Assembly: GCA_004431415.1 (NCBI GenBank)
Contig: QPMI01000542.1
Location: 1 to 64,000, forward strand
DNA: 64,000 nt
Reading direction: 5' to 3'
DNA from: Cyanophora paradoxa CCMP329
Lineage: Eukaryota; Plantae; Glaucophyta
Part shown: positions 55,601-64,000 of the stretch, in pieces
Numbering within the stretch: position 1 is the first letter of the stretch
Layout of the letters: every line of letters starts with the position of its first letter
The notes under the pieces: generated by a model
What the model was told of the DNA's origin: nothing
The model's database searches: none
The model's input: the letters and a program-made list of their open reading frames with translations, nothing else
Made by a program: the position numbers and the translations under genes

Positions 55601-58600
55601 CAACATCGGGGGCGGCGGCCACCTCGTTCGCCGCCCGCAGCGTCACGTTGAAGACCCCTGCCCCGCGTCCATCAGGCGGGCGGGGGGGCGGCGGGGCCTT
55701 TCTTGGATCGGATCAGATCCCGAAATTTGGCTTGGAGGATAGAGAATTTATCGCCAGAGAACGGTAATCGTCTGGGGGGCGCGGGGCGGGGCGAGGTGCG
55801 GGGCGGGGCGGGGCGGACCCTCGATGAGGAAGCTGTGAGTGACCTGCGGGGAGGGGAGGGAGAGGGATGCCAATGCTCAGGGCGGGGCGCGCGGGGTCGG
55901 GGCGGGGCGGGGCGGGGCGGGGCGGGGTTGGACGGGGCGGGGGGATGGGGGGCCCCTCTAGGCTCGGCGGGGCGCCCCCAGGCTCAGAGACGGAGACAGG
56001 GGCCCTAAGCTCAGCAAACCTAGACCTCTGGTTCTGGCTGAGCCCTGGGCCTCTAGTCCGGGCTAGACGGAGACGGAGGCGGGGGCGGGGGCCGGGGCCG
56101 GGGCGGGGTTCCTGGGGCCGGGAGACGAGGCGGTCTTGGGATTCTAGCAAAGGCGGCCTCTAGGTCCGGCTGGGCCCTAGCTATATAGATCTCCAGTTCT
56201 GGCTGGGCTCGGCAAGCCTAGACCTCTAGGATGGGGCCGGGCCGGGGCACCTGGGGCCGGGAGACGAGGCGGGCGTCGGTGCCGTCCCCGAAGTCCCACT
56301 CCAGCCGCACCTGCCGTGGGGGCGCGAGGCGTGAGCGGAGCGAAGCAGAGGCGGCGCTCGAGCTGGTCCAAGAAGCTAAACGCTAGAAGCTAAAACAAGC
56401 TAAGCAGCTGAAACAAAGCCGGCCCTCGAGCAGAAGACAAAGCTGTATAAGGTGGAGTGCAAAGCTAAGGTGGAGTGCAAAGCTAAGGTAGGCTGTCTAA
56501 GGAGGACGACGCGGGGGCTCCGCTCCTGACGCGGCACTCGAGCTGGGCCTAGAAGCTGAAAGCTAGAAGGAACAGCAAGGCGGCCGCGGCCGCCTTCCTC
56601 GAAGGAGGACGACGCGGGGGCTCCGCTCCTGACGCGGCACTCGAGCTGGGCCTAGAAGCTGAAAGCTAGAAGGAACAGCAAGGCGGCCGCGGCCGCCTTC
56701 CTCGAAGGAGGACGACGCGGGGGCTCCGCTCCTGACGCGGCACTCGAGCTGGGCCTAGAAGCTGAAAGCTAGAAGGAACAGCAAGGCGGCCGCGGCCGCC
56801 TTCCTCGAAGGAGGACGACGCGGGGGCTCCGCTCCTGACGCGGCACTCGAGCTGGGCCTAGAAGCTGAAAGCTAGAAGGAACAGCAAGGCGGCCGCGGCC
56901 GCCTTCCTCGAAGGAGGACGACGCGGGGGCTCCGCTCCTGACGCGGCACTCGAGCTGGGCCTAGAAGCTGAAAGCTAGAAGGAACAGCAAGGCGGCCGCG
57001 GCCGCCTTCCTCGAAGGAGGACGACGCGGGGGCTCCGCTCCTGACGCGGCACTCGAGCTGGGCCTAGAAGCTGAAAGCTAGAAGGAACAGCAAGGCGGCC
57101 GCGGCCGCCTTCCTCGAAGGAGGACGACGCGGGGGCTCCGCTCCTGACGCGGCACTCGAGCTGGGCCTAGAAGCTGAAAGCTAGAAGGAACAGCAAGGCG
57201 GCCGCGGCCGCCTTCCTCGAAGGAGGACGACGCGGGGCTCCGCTCCTGACGCGGCACTCGAGCTGGGCCTAGAAGCTGAAAGCTAGAAGGAACAGCAAGG
57301 CGGCCGCGGCCGCCTTCCTCGAAGGAGGACGACGCGGGGGCTCCGCTCCTGACGCGGCACTCGAGCTGGGCCTAGAAGCTGAAAGCTAGAAGGAACAGCA
57401 AGGCGGCCGCGGCCGCCTTCCTCGAAGGAGGACGACGCGGGGGCTCCGCTCCTGACGCGGCACTCGAGCTGGGCCTAGAAGCTGAAAGCTAGAAGGAACA
57501 GCAAGGCGGCCGCGGCCGCCTTCCTCGAAGGAGGACGACGCGGGGGCTCCGCTCCTGACGCGGCACTCGAGCCGGGCTGGGCCCAGAAGCTAAGCTAAAA
57601 GCTAGAAGCTGGAAGGAACAGCAAGGCCGGCCGCCACTCGAGCCAGGCGGAGGGCGGAGCTAAGCATCCTCTGAGAGGGCCCCTCCTCAAGGCCTCGTCG
57701 GCTACGGCTCCACGAAGCTAGAGCTAGAAGCTAGAGCTGAAGCTTGCAAGCTAAAGCTAAAGATAGCTGAAGCGGCGGGCGGGGCGGGCGGGCGCAGGGC
57801 GCACGGCGTCGGCCTCGGCGAAGAAACACCGAAGCGAGAGGCTAAAAGAAACATCATGCTTAAGCAAGCACGGAGCTAGAAGTTAGGAGCGCGCGGTGCT
57901 AGACAACCGCCATCAAGCTAGAAGCTGCTAGAAGCTGCTATAAGCTAGAAGCTAGAAGCTAGAATCCCGGAGGGGAAGCCAACGCTAAACAGGCGGGGCC
58001 GCACGGCGTCGGCCTCGTCGGCGAAGGCGGTGAAGACGACGGGCTCCGCCGCCCGCACCCGCGCCCGCGACGCCGTCGCCCGCACCTGAAGGGGGGTGTG
58101 GGGGGGGGGGGGGGGGGGAGAAGTCAGAGGCGAGGTGGAGACGGGGAGGCAGGGGCCGGTCCCGGGCGAAAGAGAGATAGATAGGGGGGCGCCCAGGGCG
58201 GAAGTCGGGCTGGGCCGGGGGCCAGAGGCGGAGACGGGGAGGCAGGGGCTCAGAGGCAGGGGCAGGGCAGGGCCGGGCGAAAGAGAGAGATGATAGATAG
58301 ATAGGGGCCAAGAACGCCAGAGGCGGGGACAGGGCAGGGTCAACGGCGGTGGGCGCGCGCACGTTGCTGAGCGGCGCGGCCGAGACCTCCAAGATCCCCG
58401 GGGCCGAGCTGCGGGGGGTACGAAGTTAGCAGGGGGTACGAAGGGGGGGGGGGTAAGCGGCACCTCCACTCGTACGCGCCGCGCAGCGTCGCCCCAATAC
58501 CCCCGGGGGCCACGCTCCGCGTCCGGTTGCCCCGCCTGGGGGTACAGGTTGGGTGATGGAGGGGGTACAGAAACCGAAGGGACGAGGGACGCGTACCCCT

Positions 58601-61192
58601 CCTCGAAGGTCCAGTAGGCGAGGAGGCCGTCCTCTGTACCCAGGAGGGCGCGCCGCATCGAGCAGACGACCTCGGACTGCGAACGAAGCGAGCGAAGCGT
58701 GAGCGGCGTGTTCAAATCCAAGGCTCCAAGGAAAGGAAGGGGCCGGGCTCACCTGAGTGCGGGTCCTGTTCCAGATGCGAAGCTCCGAGACAGTCATGTC
58801 CGGCGCGGGGTCAGATTCCTCCTGCACAGAAATCATATCAGATCAAATCAGATCAGATCGAGGGGTACGGGCGGATGCGAGCCTGGGAGCGGCCGAGCCA
58901 GAGGCGGGTACGGTTCGCGACTTCGGGCAGGTACCCCAGGCCCCTGGATACCAGGGTTCCGTTCCAGTAGAAAGAAACCTGTACCCCCTTCAGAAGTGTA
59001 CGGGATGGGTAGAGGGGGGAGGCAAACCTCGGCCCAGGGGGGGTACGGCGGGTCCAGGGCCGTTTGGAACTGCGCGGGGGGAGGGGGGGGGAGAGGGGGG
59101 GGTGTGAGCGGTAGAACGGGGGGAGAGACGAGGGGGTGCATCTCACCGCGCCGGTCGCCTGCCAGGTGACGGCCAGGTGTACCCACCCAGGCGCTGGAAA
59201 GTTCCCGACGTTCGGGCGCGGCGGGTGGTAGTCTGCGATCACGGGGTACAGTGTTACGAGGCTACGCGATGGGGAGCAGGGATGGGGGTACCGTAGGACG
59301 TGTAGAACACTTGCGGGACCAGAATCTGGCGGGCTGGGGGGTACGGCAGGGTAAGGACTCAGAAGGGGGCTTCCCGGGTACGCGTGCACTTACACTTCGA
59401 GAAATGGAGCATTACGCTGTTCGTCTCGACCCCATCGCCTGCGCAAGCCGCTTCGCCCGGGGGCGACGCTCGAAAAAAGGGAATTCGGGGGTACCCAAAT
59501 CGAAGACGCGTTCCCAGCCCGTCGGCACCTTGTGGAAGTACGCCCAGAGCTCGATCTGCGTACCCCCGGTCGGTCGGGGCGCGCGAGGGACGTCGGGGGT
59601 ACGCGGGCACGGTGAGGTTCCCGCCGAAAGGGAACGGGTCGATGTGGATGTACCCGTCCCCCTCCCGGAAGATCCGTACCCCCCCAGGAACTGCGCGTGC
59701 GGCCCCTCGGAAACGAGCTGAAGGGAGGCGGGAGAGGGGTACTACGGCGCGGGCGTACCGGGACACTTTGGGTCGGACGAACGGGCCGTCCCGTTCAGGG
59801 GAACTGGGTACCCCGGCGCTGGGCAGGGTACGCAGGATTTGGATCCGCTCCCGCAGGCGGACTGGAGCGTGCAGCGGCGCGAGGGGCCGCTGCAGGGCGC
59901 GTCTGCGGCGGGCGAGGGTCAGAGAGACTGTACCCCAGGCCCGACAATGCGTGGCCGCCCGCACCGACGGGCACGGGGGCGCCGTTGCAGGCGGCGCCGG
60001 CCCCCGAAAGGGTCGCCGTGCGATTCGAGCCCGCTGCGTCCTGCACCCCAGCGGATCAAAAGGCGGAAAGGGGGGAACCCGAGGGGCCGGGAAAGGGGCA
60101 CGCACCGGAACGGAGGCCGAGCAGGCCGCGAGGGGAAGGGAGAGGAGGAGGAGGCCGCCGACGCCGCCGGGGCTCGGGGCGGCGTCGGGGGCCGAGAATT
60201 CGGCGGAGCCCATCCCGCAGAGGGCGGAGCTCTGAGAGAGGGTCCGGTCCGCCCAGAAGCGGAACCCGGCGAGGGAGCCGGCCAGGCCGGGGCGGGCCGA
60301 GGAGGAGGAGGAGGAGGAGGAGGAGGAGGGGGTGGGCGAGGACGAGGAGGCCGGGGGCCCTGCGAAGCCGAGGAAGGCGTGGGGCCGGGGTACGGCGCGG
60401 GGCATGGGTACGGTGATGGGCGCCTGGAGCGCGGTCCCGTTGGAGTAGGCTTGGACGGCGGCCAAGCCGTCGCCCGCGGGGCGGAACGAGAAGGCGAGGC
60501 GGTGCCAGGCGTTACGGGGGAAGTCGCCGGTGATCCACGCGTACCCCCCCGTCCCGTTGCGCATCGCCGTGACGCGCAGCACGCTCGCGATCGTCGGGAC
60601 TGCGGGGGAGGCGCGCGCGTCAGCGCGGGCGGCGCTCGGGGCGGCCGCGTGCGAACGAAGCCGCACCGCCGTCGACGATCACGTCGTGGTCCTCATCTGC
60701 GAACGAAGCGCGGGATCGAATCCGTATCGAGGCTGCCTGGGGCGGGCGGGAGCCCCGGGCCCGCGCGCACCAAACAAATCCGTGATCTCAATGAGGAGCG
60801 AGTCGGCGCCGCCCGAGTTGGGCGGGACGGTCCCGCCGCTGAGCGACGCCGGCGAGGCGGCGGGCGGCGCGGCCGGCGCGTCGCCGGCGTAGAACAGGAC
60901 CGTCCCCGAGCGCTGGCGGCCGCGGAGCCGCACCCAGAACTCGACTGCAAACGCCGAGTCGCCGAACGGGAGCGCCGGGAGCACAACGCCCGAGGGCGGG
61001 TTCGTGGGCGTCAGCACGAGCTCGCCTGCCGGAGCGGAGCCCGCGCGGTCAGCGGGGGCGCGGGCCGGGGCCGCTAAAGCTTCGAGGGGGCAGGCGACGC
61101 GGACCTGCGGCCGGGGACGGGGCGAGGGCGAAGAGGGCGAGGCATGTGGCCAGCAGCACGGTCGCACGCCAATGCCCTCTCGCGGCTGCCAT
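43647..61192 (-). CDS. Large secreted/multi-pass membrane protein with LamG-like, IPT-like and Cys-rich domains, several TM helices and a Pro-rich tail (many exons; 3' end approximate)
   Basis: Signal peptide MAAARGHWRATVLLATCLALFALAPSPAA at 61192. LamG motifs FAVEFWVR, WHRLAFSF, WVHLAVTW, SELRIWNRTR, GLLAYWTFEEG. IPT-like PAVESVSP. Cys-rich CVACPLGTLCP..AAPGFW and CIPADACLGGPNRCARGY. Hydrophobic exons VLFVALFAVLY, WPAPVRNLLAALSFSNLNLQLL, RKLLLVLINVY, FTLFSFVAAVLVLLLVCL. Confidence 0.7.
44831..44878. repeat. (GAATTC)n hexamer run
   Basis: cgaattcgaattcgaattcgaattcgaattcaaatttgaattc. Confidence 0.85.
45838..45960. repeat. (TATAAGC/TATAAGA)n intronic microsatellite
   Basis: ctataagctataagctataatatataagctataagatataagatataagatataagctataagc... 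Confidence 0.85.
53862..54190. repeat. (GATCG/GATTG/GATCA)n pentamer low-complexity repeat in introns
   Basis: cagatcagatccgatccgatccg..; atcggatcggattggattggatcgg.. Confidence 0.85.
56501..57625. repeat. 103-bp tandem repeat, 10 near-identical copies plus one degenerate copy
   Basis: Units start at 56501, 56604, 56707, 56810, 56913, 57016, 57119, 57222, 57324, 57427 and 57530. Each full unit contains the perfect palindrome AAGGCGGCCGCGGCCGCCTT. Confidence 0.95.
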
Positions 61193-61960
61193 GCCGGTGG
61201 CAGCCGCATGCCGCGCCGCACCGGGCATCGTAGCTCACTTGGAGCTAGCTGCTGCTGCTGCTGCTGCACGGCCGAGCAGTTCGTTCGGGCATCGGGAAGT
61301 TTATCGGCAGGAGCCAGGCGAATGCGCCGCGCCCCGCCGTTGCACACGAAGGCTGTCCTTATCCGGAAGCCCGAACGCCAGCAGGTGCCACGAAAGGCGC
61401 TATCAGTGCCTATCACAGCGCTGGCTAGCTCCGCTGGTGCGCCCGGGGCGCGAATCACAACAATGGCACTTCCCCAGACGGGTACAACGGCCTTGCCCTC
61501 GAGCACTGGCGTTCGGTCGCTGTCGAGCGGCTGTTCGAGGTTGGCGTCGCCGAGGCGGATCCGGTGCGTGTGCGTCCGCCGCCGGAGCCGCTCGGGCGCT
61601 CATCGCGCGTCGCGCTCGCAGGATGCGATGTCGCGCGCCGCGCACGTTCTCCGCCTGGCGGGCTCGGCGGGAAGGAGTGCATCTACATTAACTCGTATTC
61701 AGGCATCCAGGCCCGCAGCTCCTTTCGATTGCAATTGCTCCGCGCCGGCGGTCCATGCATATGGCCAGCCAGCGGCCTTCAAACGATGCGCGGCGGCCGT
61801 GCGCGGCGGCTGGAGCGGAGCGCTGCGGTTCAGCAGCACCTCGCGACCAGCACCGCCGGCCCTCGCATCGCGGCGCCTGCACGTCACAGGCCCCAGCACT
61901 GCGGAGGCGGCGTGGGCGGCGCAGCCTCAGCAACACGCTTACGCGTACGGCAGCTCCGTC

Positions 61961-62840
61961 ATGCCTTGGATCCGCAGCTGGGCACGTAGCTACGCCAGCC
62001 GCAGCTTCGCCAGCAGCGCTAATCCGCGGCGGGGAGAGCCCCTGGCAGTGGACGTGGTTAAAGGAGACGCGGCGGCGCTCGTAGCGTTCGGTCGGAAGCT
62101 CATCGAGGACGGCCTGGTCCCTGACGTCCCGCCGGGTAGCGCCAGCAGGGTACCGGACAGGGTGATCCTCTGGTCGCAGACGAAGGTGGTGCCTCTGGAC
62201 TGCGCGTACGTGGCGCGGCTCCGGGGCAGCGGCGAGGCGGTCGCGGCGGCGCGCGTGGTCGAGAACGTCCTGAGGAGCTTCACGGTCAACAAGTACTACC
62301 TGCGGCGCGGCATCGGGCGGCAGCTCCTCGAGCACCTCGAGCTGCAGTGCCATCTCGAGTACGCTGGCGCGAAGTCCTTGAAGGTGCGCGGGGCCGGGCG
62401 CCCCGAGGCCGCGCTGCCCCTAGGCCTGGCGGGTGGCCCTCGCCTATAGCTAGACAAGTCGCCGGGCGGCCCTGATCGTCGGGCGCCGGCCGGCGACGCA
62501 ACTGCAACCAGGTCGCCGACCCGCCCCTCGAGCTGCAGCCTTTCTTGACTCGCATGGGCTACGTCAAGGACCCCGATTTCGACGTCGAGAAGAGCCTCGA
62601 GAAACACACGGTGAATCAGCTTAAAAGCTTCTCTGCATATATTATTATAACCTTCGAGTTGCTGCCTACCTACTCAGTGACTCACAATTGATCGCTCAGG
62701 TGATCCCCATACCGATCCTCGGCTACGCCTTCGCCCGGATCGACCTGGCCGCCCCTTTAAAAGAGCTGTGGCACCTCCCCTCGGCCTCCGCGAAAGTCGC
62801 TCGGGCCGAGTCCCGAGCAAAGAAGCGCGCCGTGCAGTAA
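61961..62840 (+). CDS. GNAT-family N-acetyltransferase (3 exons; start may be upstream)
   Basis: Acetyl-CoA motif A FTVNKYYLRRGIGRQLLEHL and motif B LQPFLTRMGY. Introns ~62384-62511 and ~62611-62699. Stop TAA at 62840. Confidence 0.75.
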
Positions 62841-63065
62841 AACAACTATATTAAAATATTAGACGGGATTTACATATGCATGCCCCGCCGGGATTAACAA
62901 GGGCGCCCCCCACGGGCCACGGTAGTCCCGCGGCCGAGGGGGAGGGGGAAGCCCGAAGGCCGCACGGGGTAGCCCACACCTGCACACGTTTGCGAGCGGA
63001 AGCTCAAGAGAGAACCCGAATCTGCGAATCGCCGAAGCCCGGAGCGAGCGCACCGGGGGTGCGGG

Positions 63066-64000
63066 GCGCGCGCGTCAGCGCCGGTGACGCTCGGGGCGGC
63101 AGCGCGGCGGGCAACGAGCGAACGAAGCGCGGGATCGAATCCGGATCGAAGCTGCCTGGGGCGGGCGGGAGCCCCGGGCCCGCGCGCACCAAACAAATCC
63201 GTGATCTCAATGATGAGAGAGTCGGCGCCACCCGAGTTGGGCGGGACGGTCCCGCCGCTGAGCGACGCCGGCGAGGCGGCGGGCGGCGCGGCCGGCGCGT
63301 CGCCGGCGTAGAACAGGACCGTCCCCGAGCGCTGGCGGCCGCGGAGCCGCACCCAGAACTCGACCGCGAAAGCCGAGTCGCCGAACGGGAGTGGCGGGAG
63401 CACAACGCCCGAGGGCGGGTTCGTGGGCGTCAGCACGAGCTCGCCTGCCGGAGCGGAGCCCGCGCGGTCAGCGGGGGCGCGGGCCGGGGCCGCTAAAGCT
63501 TCGAGGGGGCAGGCGACGCGGACCTGCGGCCGGGGACGGGGCGAGGGCGAAGAGGGCGAGGCATGTGGCCAGCAGCACGGTCGCGCACCAATGCCCTCTC
63601 GCGGCTGCCATGCCGGTGGCAGCCGCATGCCGCGCCGCACCGGGCATCGTAGCTCACTTGGAGCTAGCTGCTGCTGCTGCTGCTGCACGGCCGAGCAGTT
63701 CGTTCGGGCATCGGGAAGTTTATCGGCAGGAGCCAGGCGAATGCGCCGCGCCCCGCCGTTGCACGCGAAGGCTGTCCTTATCCGGAAGCCCGAACGCCAG
63801 CAGGTGCCACGAAAGGCGCTATCAGTGCCTATCACAGTGCTGGCTAGCTCCGCTGGTGCGCCCGGGGCGCGAATCACAACAGTGGCACTTCCCCAGACGG
63901 GTACAACGGCCTTGCCCTCGAGCACTGGCGTTCGGTCGCTGTCGAGCGGCTGTTCGAGGTTGGCGTCGCCGAGGCGGATCCGGTGCGTGTGCGTCCGCCG
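63066..64000 (-). pseudogene. Direct duplicate of the 5' end and upstream region of the LamG membrane gene (signal-peptide ATG at 63611), truncated after exon 2
   Basis: 63118-64000 is near-identical to ~60700-61580. The short third exon present near 60670-60697 is missing and similarity ends near 63066. Confidence 0.85.

Noticed and set aside
56501-57625. CRISPR array
   Set aside because: Units are identical over their full 103 bp with no unique spacers. There are no cas genes and the context is a eukaryotic gene.
16800-64000. Hundreds of long Arg/Pro/Gly/Ala-rich ORFs in the six-frame track
   Set aside because: They are expected from stop-codon scarcity at very high GC. They overlap spliced genes in other frames or strands and carry no motifs.

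Overview
The window has two sharply different compartments. Bases 1 to ~16,600 are AT-rich, intronless and gene-dense. They are the right-hand part of an endogenous Polinton/Maverick-like (Polinton-like virus) element whose left part lies outside the window; no capsid, packaging ATPase or protease gene is visible here. The element carries a frameshifted protein-primed PolB, an rve integrase, a patatin phospholipase fused to an F5/8-type-C domain, and a cassette of phage-type fibre genes: one long HxH-repeat fibre plus four paralogues sharing an N-terminal domain, two with C1q heads. It also has a DUF723-like zinc protein, an AdoMet decarboxylase, iteron-like repeat arrays, and a terminal 28-bp hairpin whose loop is three tandem GCGAAGC mini-hairpins. 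Bases ~16,600-64,000 are very GC-rich, intron-dense eukaryotic host DNA. The style is reminiscent of the glaucophyte Cyanophora, which is an inference and not verifiable here. The host part holds an NLR-like NACHT-pentapeptide-WD40 gene whose 14 WD40 repeats are each one near-identical phase-0 exon, with hypervariable mosaic surface positions. It also holds two F-box/LRR-like genes, a metacaspase with a very long linker, a large LamG/Cys-rich multi-pass membrane gene, a GNAT gene and several segmental duplications. Two genome-level mutational signatures stand out: intronic 'echoes' of exon ends, and palindromic X-X'-X micro-insertions. Most long Arg/Pro/Gly/Ala-rich ORFs in the supplied track are GC artefacts. 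Exon coordinates of host genes are approximate because they were read by eye.
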